From contig CBFFRP010000296.1 in the NCBI GenBank assembly GCA_965644295.1, positions 186,001 through 250,000 on the forward strand: a DNA stretch of 64,000 nucleotides. The letters run 5' to 3'. The notes under the pieces were generated by a model. It did not search any database. It saw only the letters and a list, made by a program, of their open reading frames with translations, and was not told the origin of the DNA. This DNA is from Paraphysomonas bandaiensis. Lineage: Eukaryota > Protista > Chrysophyceae. Numbering within the stretch: position 1 is the stretch's first letter; each line of letters starts with the position of its first letter. A program made the position numbers and the translations under genes. Positions 12,988 to 26,101 of the stretch are shown in pieces.

Positions 12988-14321
12988 ATGAGTATGATCA
13001 GCAGTGACTCCTCATGTGAGAGTATTGAGCTCAGGGATGCTGTTGTTGTCTCATCTAACATAAGCAGTGGAGCTTATAGAAGAAAAGTCGCACCTGACTG
13101 TGATGAGATCGATATGAAGAAACAGGTGGCTCAAGTGTCATACAGTGCTGTGAGGGCCCCTACTGATGATGTTGTTGGTAATGGCGGCTATAACAATAGT
13201 CGCGATGTTGGTTGTGTTGGAATTAAGTGGAGAGTACGCATAGTGAGAGTGTATGATTCTGAAGAAGAATGGAAAGGTGTTGTAGAAATATATTTTCATT
13301 GGAAAAAAGATGCCTCGAAATCGTCGAGCATGAAAGCGTTTCATGATCCTGGTCGTTCAAATCATCGCCGCAGGTCGTCTATTTCTGTATCACATATGGA
13401 TACAATGGCAACAATTGAGGAGCCTGACGTACATCCCATATTTCTTATTCTGAATGACGAGAACTCACATTCTACTGAAGAAATATATTATACCTGCAAA
13501 GACTGCCCGTCTTTGTTGTTCGGGTATATGGAGTATACTGTCAACGTGCATGAGCGTTTGGAGTTGCAGGTTTGTGACATTGTATGTTGTTTTTACCGCT
13601 GTTAATGTGTGTAATACAGAGATATCCATTTGATAGACAATTTTTCAAGCTTGAAATTGAGTGCAATAATGGTATCATCGTCCCTTGGAGCTGTCGAACC
13701 TTATCCCCTCTTGTGCTTTCTCGGCTTGAGGAAGGTGCCGTGAACAATAATTTCTTTGGTACATGTGACACGCCATCGTGGAAACTTGATATCATGGAGG
13801 TGTCACAGAATGGACGCCCAGCATCCGCTACAATGAAACTCGGACTCTCACGGCTGAGTGGGTTTTATGTGTCGAATGTGGCTTTGCCGTATTTTTTGAT
13901 TGGGACAGCAGCTGTACTTACGACTGGGATAGAATCCGAAAATTATGCTGATAGGTTTTCATGTATGATAACATTATTCCTCACGATAGTGGCCATCAAG
14001 TTTGTGGCCAATTTTGTCCCAGTCATTAGCTATTCCACATTGCTAGATTACTATACCCTCACAGCTTATATATTTTTATCATGCTGGATGATAGAGAATT
14101 ACGTCGTGTCTCCTTTTGTTCTAGGTGCTGGTAAAGAAGAGGTAGCCCGGCAAATAGATATATGGGGTGGAATTATATACGTAGGTTTGTGGTCAATGCT
14201 CCATGTGTTTATTATGGTGGCAACTAAGTATGACCTCTTCCGCAAGAAGTGGGAAGATGTCGTATTGGATGACAACAAAGCAGATCCCGATACACACAGA
14301 GAGGCCGTAAAGTTTGACTAA
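12988..14321 (+). CDS. Pentameric ligand-gated ion channel-like (Pro-loop, Cys-less) subunit
   Basis: Intron 13570-13618 joins LELQ to RYPFDRQF (Pro-loop); R..GFY pre-M1; M2 ADRFSCMITLFLTIVA; M2-M3 loop PVISYSTLLD; four TMs. Confidence 0.8.
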
Positions 14322-14869
14322 TTTGTTTTGATATTAATGAAACCTGTCAGCGCACGGTATACGACGATATATTGTAGGCTATTGTATGTATTTTATGAGT
14401 TTTTAGGAGCACAATGTGACAGCAGACCTATGCGTATGTACCAACTTTCAATTATCTTATGATGTGTTTCATAATGAGTACTTTTCATCATATTATTAAT
14501 TCAGATGATGACCTTGTGAAAGTACGTATTTGATTTTGTGCCCGTGATGTATTAATAGAGTTTAGCAGAAATGAAGAATGTAAACAACCTCAATTTTAAT
14601 AATTCAGATTAAAGTAATCCCTAGTGTAGATGCTTAGTGTCTACGTAGCAGTATCTGCCAAATCTCTGATAGTTTCATGTACCAAGTGATTCGGGAAATA
14701 CTTTTAGCATAGGCTATCAACATATGATATTTGAAAGGTAAAATAAGGACGTAAGTAACTGAACTTTTTACTCACAAAATAATCAAAGAGCAAAGTTATA
14801 ATCAGTATCACTCACGGCTGCGTGGAATTAATTTGCGCAAGCTATAGTCAATGGTAATTGAAATTAAAT

Positions 14870-15425
14870 TTACTGGGGATTTATTATTCAACCTCTAGTC
14901 AAAATGGTTGAACTACTTAGTCACACCAAAATTGGTGTAAAAACCTAGTCACGATATATCAAACGAACTGCAAATCCTTTCAAGATGCGTTTTGGTTTCG
15001 TAACCAAACGTTTTGAGTATGTTGTTTTGTGTGTAAGGTCGCTGCATGTTGTTTTCATATCTGTGCATTGTAATTGATATAAATATAAAGTGACGCTGAT
15101 AATTCCCCAGACCGCAAGATTTCATGACATTTGGTTAAACTTGAAGAATATATGGAAATTCTGTTCAGAGAACGAAGAAGAGATTATTCATGTTTTTGCT
15201 ACTTGAGCGGTGGAGTCCTGTCTATATGCTACTATGAAATATCTTTTTTTCTATGCAGTACTCTAACTCTGCTTTGACCTGATCTATGGTGCATACTAGT
15301 ACGATTATAAAACTAAAAATGACTACGTTGAATAATTTATTACTTTGACTAGGTTATTCCACCAAAAATAGTGTGACTAGAGATAATTCAACCAATTTGA
15401 TTAGGTTGAATAATATTTCCCAATT
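14870..15425. mobile_element. Non-autonomous DNA transposon relic with ~80-bp imperfect TIRs
   Basis: 14870-14951 (tattattcaacc...tagtcacacc...aacctagtca) is an approximate reverse complement of 15346-15425; no ORF inside. Confidence 0.6.
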
Positions 15426-15897
15426 TACTGTCTCAATCATTTGGTACTACATACGTACATTTCATTCCAGATGCGACGATTCACAAGTAGAAACATGAAT
15501 AATCTTTCAACCTTATTGTGTGCGGCATGCATGTGCTTCATGTTACGATATATATCAAGTTTGCTTATTAAGGTCTGTTCGCTTCCGCCGTGATCATGAA
15601 AAAAATGATGTGCTCTCAGCATCATAGAGGTACTAATACTATCTATAAATAAATTATAGTCGTGTGTTCAATGGTTGCACTATAAGCAGAAATATAATAT
15701 TCTATTGAAGCGTAAAATATTATTATTACAGCTTGGATGTATACATGCATGCATACGACTTCACTAGCCTACTGCCTCTCTTTCACCCAGCCATACATAT
15801 ATATACGTTGTTCTAACCTTACAATATAGTATATAATGTATATATATGATGTTGTATCCTGACCCTATTATATATATAATATGGTATATAGATATAG

Positions 15898-15991
15898 ATG
15901 CTTAGTCTGTAGCCTATTGGATTTAGTTAAATCCCATATTTTTGGTGTTTTGCGTTTGCATTTAAAATCCAATAGGCTACAGACTAAGCAT
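15898..15991. mobile_element. 94-bp MITE-like hairpin
   Basis: Perfect ~27-bp TIR atgcttagtctgtagcctattggattt / aaatccaataggctacagactaagcat, flanked on both sides by ATAG. Confidence 0.75.
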
Positions 15992-16979
15992 ATAGGACAT
16001 TACATGGCTCAAGATCCAACCAATGGCCTGTACTTGCACATATATATATAGCTTCTATTACCACGTGTAGTACTTAAATATAGGTTGTTTATACAAACAA
16101 CTCGTGCATAACCTTTGTGCACAACCTTTGCATTGTTTAGTTTGTCACCAAGGTCGAGTACTCTGATAAATCTATGCACGAGATGAGCATAATTGTGAGG
16201 AGAGACTAGGACGTCCTCAGCTGCTGCCCTTAGTGTCTGTGTTAGTGCAGGGGGGTACAGGCTGAGGCATATATATAGGTGTATGTGAAAGAAAGATGAT
16301 GGCAAGGTATGAGAGTCGAAAGGAGAGGAAATAGTTTGTCTGGAGGTTTTCAAGGAGGTGGAATGTAACTTCTCACAAACATTACTGGTAGTGACAACAT
16401 ACATATACAAATGCTGCATTCAACGATATCGTGATGAGGTTTGGTGCGCGCTTCAATGCTAACAGATAATGGATGAGTAACTATTCTTTATCAATTAATA
16501 GGTGTATTTCTAAGGTATTGATATTATGACCGTCACTTGAATAAGACAGCAGTGATTTAACAGTACTACATGAACTGAAATACGATAATTGGAACTGTAG
16601 CAGTGAAAATGAAATATATATCTCTTGAATGTATAAGCTCGTGTCTATCTATGATATATATCATGAATTGTAGTTAAGAGAATATAATTGTAGCAATTAT
16701 CAATAATGAACGATGAAATATGTTGATTAGAATTTTACTAATTGATAACTGTGTGAGTACAAGTGAAAATCAATTACTTGTTATACAAGCCCGGTAATAC
16801 GAACTACAATGAAATTTCATTTTTATAATATATATTATACGTTATTGCGGTGTTAGGCCACTACGAAAATTCATATATTGCATGTCATCCAGTAAAGAAG
16901 TTATGTTTAATCATTTTTATGGTATAGTTCGTTCATATATAGAACTCTTCAAAAATGATTGCTTTCAATATACGACTGA

Positions 16980-19900
16980 CTACAGGTAAAGAGATGCAGC
17001 GAATACAACACCCCGTCTAATTCTATCAGCTCCTGACTCAAACTTCACCTTCAATTCTGTGTTACCAATAGCGCTTGACGCCGATCCTAGTTGTCTAAGC
17101 AGCTCTTCCAGCCGGCGTAAGACGCGTATAATACTTCCCTCAAAAACCTCCGTTAGCTTACAAACATCAACAAATTTAGCTCCTGCACTCCAAGCGAAAG
17201 CAACCTCCATAAGCTCAGGATTAAACGAAGCGATATAGGCTTCCTCGTCGCAAACAATTTTGGCATCAATTTTTACTCGGGCTATTTTTCTCGCGATGGT
17301 CTGGAGTTGTGTGTACATCGGTTGCAAATCTTGTCGTATCTTGTTGCCAGATCCTGATTTCGAAGGTTCAGAATGAACAAAGCAACTAAGCAGAGCAACA
17401 CATTGGTCGACAGAGAGTTCATTGAAAACTCCCTCGAATATCATGTCCGTAAGAAGCAACTCATTCGCGCTATTGAGCTCACACGCGAAACGCCCTTTCG
17501 TCTCCAATACCCCATCTGCAGAGGTATAACCCAACCGCCGCAAAACTCGCTTCATCTTTCTCAGCTCATCGCGCATGGAAATTGTCTGTGACTCACGAGC
17601 AAGTTGACGAAAATGTCGAGCTTCCTCCAACAAACGCATCTGTCTCGATAAAAGTTACATGTTGATCAGGTTAGAGAAGGCCGCAATACCCACCTTCTTT
17701 TCATACTCTTCCAACTGAGTTACTTTGCTTTCGCCAAGATTATGAAAAGCACTCTTGCCAATACGCGATTTCAACTCTTCACATCTTTCGCTGAGTTCCT
17801 TGAAGGAGTCTTCTCGAATTCCCATATCACATACTGGATCAAGGGGTGGGATCGACGAGCCGTTGTCAAATCTGCGTCGGACTTCTTTGAGAGCCTTGTG
17901 GGTATTTTGTCTTGCTGCTGCCCTACGAAGGTCGCGAGGGAGATTCAAGCGTACTGCGCTTATTGCACTTACGGCACTCAGTGCGACTTGCAAGACGACC
18001 AGCTCAACTACACTCCCTGTGCAGGTGGAGGTAACCGCTGGAATAATTCCTTTTAGTCCTGCTGATTCGCTTCTGGAGTGGTTGTCGTCGACATTCGCTT
18101 GGTCAGTTTTTACAACCTCCAACAAAACATCAAGTACATATTCGGTCTTTTCTCCGTCTTGTAACCCGATAACAGACTCGACAAGGTCGGACACCGTAGA
18201 AGTGGAAGCTTCTGTTTTCCGGCAATTGACTACAACACCCCACCCCCATTCCTGGACGGGCACATTAAACGAGGATACTCTAATGAGACGCCCCCCCTGA
18301 AAGAATGGGATGCAATACTGGGGCTTTAATACGACGGTCATCATATCACGTTGGGCACGTTCAAGCTGTTTGCAGCAAGAGTGATACTCGGCCACCACAC
18401 TCTCAGACTCGATATGGATAGCTGCGGCACTTCGCTGCAACTCCATAGCTTGTCGCTCCATATCTGGGGCATTTTGCTCTTGTTGATATTGATGAAATGA
18501 AGCACGCAAGATATTTTCCGGGTCGGCATCTTCTACTCTCATCATATTAAGGACCATATTGTAGCTCACATGATATGAACTGAAAAGCGGATCTGGATCA
18601 CCGTAGAGCATCCCTTTAGCCACATCAGGCTCCATTTTCTCGTCAAGCATTTGGATTACAATACCCCTATCGTCCTTTCCACGGCGCCCAGCGCGACCGC
18701 TCATCTGAGCAATAGAACATTGAATCAGCACATAAAAGAATACAATATTGCGTGCAATAGTATGAATTCGCACCTGAATGTACTCTCCCGAGGTAATCCA
18801 CCGGAAATCTTCCCCATCGAACTTCCTCGTAGAGGTGAACACCACAGTCTTTGCAGGCATGTTGATACCAATAGAAAAGGTTTCTGTAGCAAACAGGCAC
18901 TTAATGAGGCCCTCTTGAAAGAGAATCTCGATGACCTCTTTAAGAATGGGCAGAAGCCCTCCATGGTGTATGCCAACTCCTCTTTTCAGCAGGGGTAACA
19001 GAGTATCCACTTGAGGAAGCTGTCGATCATCGTCCGAGAGGGCCTCCATAGCATTTACAAAAACCTGCTCCACAAGATCTTTCTCGTCATCGTTGTTGAA
19101 ATCAAGCCGTGACATCTGAAGAGCATACGTTTCACATTCTTTTTTACTGAAGGAAAATACAATGCATGGATCTAGCTGTCTGTCCATAATCAACCGCACT
19201 ATTTTGAAGAGCTCGCTATTGGAGCCCCCCTTTTGTCCACCTGACTTGCGTTTCTTTCCTTTGGAAACATCATCGAGCTCTGACGGTGCGTGCAAGCAGC
19301 TCATTGCTCGTTGAAAGTTGTCTTCACGAAATTTGCCTTTCTCGTCCACTACCAAATATAGCCCTTCGGCCCCAGAGGGAAAAACAAAGTGCTGCAACGG
19401 AACCGGTCTATAGTCTGTATACACAACGTGGCAGGGCTGATGGTGGGTCTTCGCCACCCACCCAACAAATTCCTTCGCATTGGGAATTGTAGCAGACAAA
19501 AAGACAAACTTGACCTTATGAGGAAGTAAAATAATTGATTCTTCCCACACCACCCCGCGTTCCTTGTCGCGCATGTAGTGGACCTCGTCATAGATAACCC
19601 AAGCAACTTCACGCATCACCTCTGAGCCACGGTAAAGCATCTACGTAGATGTTGTTAGATATTGATGCAATAAATACGAAATAAAAACAAGACTATAGAA
19701 ACACACTTACGTTTCTCAATATCTCAGTTGTCATGATTAGACAAGTAGCAGTAGGATTGATGGTCATATCGCCTGTCATTAGGCCTACATCATTAAACTC
19801 CGCTTGCATATCACGGTACTTTTGGTTACTAAGCGCTTTGATTGGAGATGTATATATCACTCGTTGTTTCTGCTTTAATGACTTGGCTATGGCATACTCA

Positions 19901-20460
19901 GCAACGGCGGTTTTCCCTGCAGAAGTGTGGGCAGCAACAAGGACAGATTCGTTGCGCTCTATACAGTTGACGGCCTCTTGCTGAAAAGGATCTAATTGGA
20001 AAGGGTATACTTTAGCAGGCTCGTTATTAGATATATCAACTTTATCTGTAGGAAACTCGATCAAAAACTAAGCCACAGAATCCACAAATTACATACCGGT
20101 CGCAGGTGCATAATCTACTGGCATCGCAGTCATCTACACAAAAACACGTCAACCACTACATATCATATAGTAGCGCCATTGTCCCACCGTCGTTATATGA
20201 GTTCCTTCATCATTAGTGGAGGTTGTTTGTTCAGTGAATATGGGCACCTCCACATCCACTGCAGATGTCACCTTATCTGTTGGTTTGTCAGTCGACTCGT
20301 GGCTTATTTTCGCTCTCTTTGCTCTCATGTCATGTCCTGAATCACCAGCATGTCGAATCTGTCCAGTGGCAGTGGAGTTGGAGGCTATCTCTCCCTCTGC
20401 GCCGTGTGTTAAGTTATTATTACCAGAGCTCTCAAATACATCAAATAAATCAAGATCCAT
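16980..20460 (-). CDS. MTR4: Exosome RNA helicase MTR4 (Ski2-like DExH)
   Basis: [51 protein letters not shown], arch/KOW insertion, and DSHCT ending FAASLYL; multi-exon. Confidence 0.95.
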
Positions 20461-21567
20461 CTCTCCTGAGCGACACCAAATACAGGTATGCAATAGGGAG
20501 AAGTGAATGAGTCTATTGGTAGGGTTGGAAGGTCGCTATGGAGGCTATTCCACCTGTGGCTATATATATGTGCGTGTATATGCGTGTATGTATGTGTATG
20601 TATGTGTATGTATGTGTGGAGATATTAATTGATGGAGTGTATTCTCCCTCATTATACAGTGCATACCATACCATACCATACTATACCATACTAACTGTAC
20701 ATACCATATACACACATCCATGTCGTATGCATACCACACCTACCATCAGTTCACGCACCAGGTGTGGATGGCAGCGAGGATTCCTGGTTTGATGAATAAA
20801 TACAAGAAATCCAAGTATTTTTGTACTATTAGCAGTGTATAAAAACCAAAATAACAGGATTTTGATCAATAGTCGTCTTTTTTATGCAGCAATAAAGTGT
20901 ATGTGCATGATATGCAAGCAAGAAAGTTGTTCATGAAGGATCGTCTCGTGTCCATATTGTGGACCACAATAGCAATGGAAACGCATGATCTTAACAGTAG
21001 AATGAAAGGAAAGAGGAAGATGGTGGCGGAAGTAAAGTCATAATCTAAACATTCGATGACAATCTTATGGATATAGCAGTCAATGGGATTGACAGCATGT
21101 GTACTGTCAGAGTACCGGAGTCGGAGACACACCGCAGCATATAAACATAATGCAGGCAGTTCGAATACAACCAATAATGCAAGCCTTACACTGGATATAT
21201 GATACTTATATGCACACAAGTGAAAGAGGCTCGAGAACATTATATTTCGTAAATAAAATGTCCATAGCATATGCCTATTGTGAAAATTAGAAATGCAAGA
21301 ATTGAAAGTTTTGAATAACAAGCAAGAATCTAATCAAGCCACTTGTATTAAACCAGTAAGTATACATGCTTTAACTAAAGGAAAATCTGCTTTACTCAGA
21401 TATAGAAACATTATTTTACACAGATTAATAGATTCTTAACAAAATGATGGATGCGCATGCTGAACAATATGTACACATGGCGCCTATCTGCCAAACGCAT
21501 ATAGATTCACACTGTCAGAAATTCATATTTATATATTATGTACCAGTCTATAATACATATACACAAT

Positions 21568-24500
21568 CTAATCCTTCGGTAAACTGGAAACAATTACGTG
21601 TGGTAATTTTTGTGCAGATTTCCCCTTGACTCCTACTTGAGGGGTGCGCATATGTTCCACCTCAAAACTGGCTTGCATCCCATATAAAAACTCTCTAACA
21701 AGCTTAGTGCTGTCGAAAAATCCTGGAGGTGAGTCTCCAGAGCATTGATACATACCACAATTGTATGTAGCACTGGGAATTAAAGTAGGCTCTCCAATAT
21801 GTGTTGCTCTACTGTGTACGCCAGCGTTAGTCACGTGAGCGGAATTCACAGCACGCTGTAATTCATATCGCAGAGACTTCAACGTGCCCTCTGACTTCAG
21901 CAAATGTACCGCCATGTCCTCAAACGCTTTCTTTGAATTCATCACCAGCAAGCTCTCTAGAACACTCCGCACCTCGGATGTATCTGTAGACGGATTGCGA
22001 GAGAATGATTTCAGAAGAGTGGCAGCCACACGGTTGGGAAAAGAATCACCATCGACTGTTAGTACAGGCAGACCCTAAAATAGAAGCTAAATTATCCAAA
22101 GAGTATAAAATTGCTAGAACACAAACTCGAATCATGAGTAAAGATATTCATGATCAGCCTCAAATAGATTAGCAACGAAAATACAACGTACCCCTACGAG
22201 TGCATCTGTAGCAGTAGAATGAGCTCCATATACTAGGGAATCTAAAAACAGATCCGCACCTTTATGCCTGAAGTGCAAAAGAGTGTGGGAAACAATACAT
22301 CGTCAAAACAAGCATATGCGTCAGTCACACAATTTAGCAAGAAGTACGATTCCAACAGTCGATAACATAGCATAAAACAGCAAGACAAAGTAGTAACAGC
22401 CACAAGAGAAGTAGCACGACTTCCTGGTAAATATGTTTACCTTTCTATGTGCTCTTCCTTGTCCAACCTTTCCACAAATTTGATCCGATCTGCAGTTATA
22501 CCTCGCAGCATCATTTCTCTTTTCATATTGCGAACCGTGTGATCTGACTGGTCAGAATCACTCTTTGAGTCCTTTTTAGCAGGATCCAAGAACCAAAACT
22601 CTGATTTCCCGATTCGATGCATGACCTTAACGAAAGTTACAGCAAATACATTTCGAAATTTACACTACTACCATCATAATATAATAATACAGCATACCCT
22701 CAGATATATAATAGTTCATGTACCTGACTCCACACTGCGAATGAATCAATATCTAACTTGTCTACTTTATTGAAGTTACACAGCACCAGCGGCTTCCAAG
22801 CTGCATTGAAACGGCGACGAGCAGTGGACAGCGGTGGTGATATGCGGCTACGCACCTCACGCTGATTAAAGTATCTACAAGACATATGTCGTCATACTAT
22901 AACAGAATGTTTTTTCTAGCATAGGTCACGAACAACGAACATATTTCATGACATCTATCACCAACAGCCACACGACAGTACTGCAATGCCTCGATGGGTA
23001 CGGTATCACCTGTCATAGAAAGACACCTGGTAGGTGGTAGGAAGATACAACAGCGATTCAGAGTAAAAATTTGCGTGTTCAGGAGGAATCTGAAAGTATA
23101 TTGGTAATTATGTTTTGTAAAGGCCTCACATGCGCGGCGTAGCATAAATGGCAGAGCATAAATCGTGTATACATACCACTCCAGAGTCTGCAACAATGTA
23201 TTGTAGAAACGAGGCTCCACTTGTACCTGGGTAAACTAAGTAGTTCATCTGTAATCGAGGAGAAAATTAGAGTGGAATACTATGGTTTTCGCACGCTAAA
23301 TCAATGCCTATATACAGTGTTCAATACATTTATTTCACCTGTATTGAGCTGGGCTGAGCTGCAGTAATTTCAAGCCTGTGACCCAAAGTATGGAGCTGCA
23401 TATCTAGCATTATATCAATGGCTTCCTTCTTTATAGCTGTAATAGATTCCTGGTTACTCAGGAGCACCAAATCCACAAACTTATCTGACAGCTAGTATAC
23501 TATTAAGTCCCTAGTAGGTTAGATACTGCACAAAAAAAGGAATACATTGCGTATGCAGCAGTGGCAGTAACGTGGCAGCATATATTCTGAGTGTATCACC
23601 ACGCACCTTCTCCAGATTTCTTCTATAATGAGAATTATCATCCTTGCCATAACTGAAAACCACTAACTCTACTTTTGGATCATGACTATGCAACGCAGCC
23701 TGGCGGAGTCTACGGACTGTAGAAAATATACCCTCGACTAGATGAGCTGTGGGATGGTCATTAAAGTCACAGCTTATAAATCCAATTCGAAGGGGTTTAT
23801 CTTTACCTACAAAGAACAATAAAGTGTCACTAACCACATCCACTAACAAGGGAGATACTCCTGCTATATTGCAATAAATAGTCAATAGCGTACAACGGCG
23901 CCGCAATGCAAACGTATAATAGTGTATGACACCATATAATATAGACTGCTCTATACCAATATGCTGAATGCGCTTCTCTGAAACAGTTGGGCTATCGTGT
24001 ATTGGTAGTGAGTTGATGATAAGATTAGATCTTGCATTGGCTATGAGCAGCCTGTCATTTAAAGAAACAGAGCTGACGAGAGTATCGAATGGAAGCAGAG
24101 GACCACTTCCTGGAAAAACCCGGGTGTTCAGCAGCCTAAATAAAAGTTTTCAAAATCAGTTATGCAGTACATTTTGATACAACAAATGGCAATGGAAAGT
24201 GCATATACTCTTAAACAACAGTGGTATATAGTCATACACCGTATATTGTATATGGCTAACTTACTCGTCAGAATGACTATATTTCACGCAGCTCGAAGAA
24301 TACCCGTCAGTGCCCGTCAGAGTTCGACACAACAAATACTGCACAATATACTCCTGCAATATAATGATAAGCCACATACAATCTTGACATATATGAGTAT
24401 TATACATAGGTGTTGCAATTACTTACCCTATTTCCAAGAAACGAAACACTTCTCTCAGTGTTAAGAATCATGTTCACTGTAGAGTCGTAGTTAGACTGCA

Positions 24501-25376
24501 TGTCCTCGCATTCAGGGCCCACCTCAGTAATAAGGACACCGTTGGTTAGGTTTTCTTTCGTCGAACCATCTAAACAATAGGATGATATGGTTCTGGCAAG
24601 AATATCACGAAGTGATCGCAACTCGGCAAAAGCCTGGTACATCTGTTACAATGCATGCTAAATGTATAAGCGCAGATGTAACACCTGAGTAATTATGCCT
24701 AATTGCAAATATGCTGCTCCAAGGTTAGATTTCACTTTACTCACAAAAGATATATCCACTTGTTTCTTCTGTAGTACTTCAAGAATACTTCTATAGATAG
24801 TGATTCACAAGTAGAATGATACAGGCTTCTCTACACCAACCTGTAGTGAGCTACAGCCATAGAGATATCACCTCTGAGATGATACATTGATGCCAGGTTA
24901 AGCCGAGATCGGTTGTCATCAGGGTTATAATGAATGGCCTTTTCGTAGCATTCAATAGCCAAGGGGGCATTCCCACAATGCTGCCATACAACACCGAGGT
25001 TGTACCATGCATCGAAACTGTGCGGATATATGGATAACAGTTCTTCGTAGGCTTTGATCGCACCAGAATAATCCCTGGCCCAATATTTATCGAGGCCATC
25101 CTCTAACATATCATCGAAACTTCTTCCGTGATTGTGTATGAAGTGATTTTGATGAGCTCTTTCCTCGCCCGTATCTTGAGTCTCAATGGGCACTGTATCT
25201 CTCTGTAGTGACTGAGCATTCCCCTCTACCTCTATCAGTGTACTCGTTAACTCTTTCTGCTTGCGTATACTATTGGCTATGAAGCTAGTCGTGTCCACCA
25301 ACTCGTTGCTGTTGCAAGCAGCAAACATCAGCATCAGTGCCGCTATAGCGCATAACAGCCTAAGAGCTCTATTCAT
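21568..25376 (-). CDS. TPR-containing GT41 (OGT/SPINDLY-family) glycosyltransferase with N-terminal signal peptide
   Basis: TPRs (AWYNLG, SRLNLA); LRIGFISCDFNDHPTAHL; NYLVYPGTSGA; LCNFNKVDKL; ADLFLDS..YGAHSTATDAL; GLPVLT..GDSFPNRVAATLL; many introns. Confidence 0.85.
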
Positions 25377-26101
25377 TATGGTCGAGTTAATCCAACTACA
25401 TCGCGTATCACGATGAACACCTTAGCAAGGAGGGTATTAAGATGTCGTCGTTGTTTCGTATGATGTGAGCTGTTGTTACTGTTCTGTTAATGCATGTGTG
25501 TGTGCTGTGTGCTCTATATGTAGGGAGGAGTGAGTATACTGTGGATACGTATACCGTATACCGTATATGCGTGCAGCAGTAGTGTACACATGTACACAGA
25601 GATAGGAGGGTACATTGCTCACTGTACCGAAATACAGAAAAAAAACTGATACATGTCCTGCTGTACTGCTGTACTGTATACCAGTACACAGTAGCCACTA
25701 AAAAAGATACAGGATGACAAGATCGCTTCCTCATGTGGGATCAGTACCCAAAAATGGCGACTTTAAAAGCCCAATAGTTTAGTTTATAATCCAATTAGAT
25801 ATATTTGATTGGATTAGAATTCCTTGGAATTCGACATTAGGGAAAAAAACAATATTTTGGTGATATTCTTCTGATGTGTTGAAGCAGAGGTTTGTACTGG
25901 TGTACGCTGTACTGCTGGAGATGTACAGTGATCTCCATACGATACACGGACTCGCTCATGTCGAGTCGATGTTGTTCAGGTAGCTACACAGCACAGCATG
26001 AGAGACACACACCTCTAGATTCACGCACCATGTATAGATAACGATATCTAGTTATTTAATACATCAGTAGCAGTGCGGTGGCAGCAGCATCAGACTATAG
26101 G

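Noticed and set aside
16194-16377. Possible solo LTR (TGTGAG...CTCACA)
   Set aside because: Flanks ATAAT/AACAT are not a TSD and there is no second copy in the window.
17742-18300. Antisense ORFs over MTR4 (similarly over Copia, NOG2 and the channel)
   Set aside because: Shadow frames of real coding sequence.
18717-18785. Apparent peptide insertion in MTR4 before motif VI (also in PAP at ~34219-34260 and the channel at ~29852-29979)
   Set aside because: Stop-free in-frame GT-AG introns; removal restores the conserved motifs, so these are not inteins or novel domains.
20866-21321. 151-aa minus-strand ORF between GT41 and MTR4
   Set aside because: Non-ATG start, AT-rich intergenic composition, no motif.
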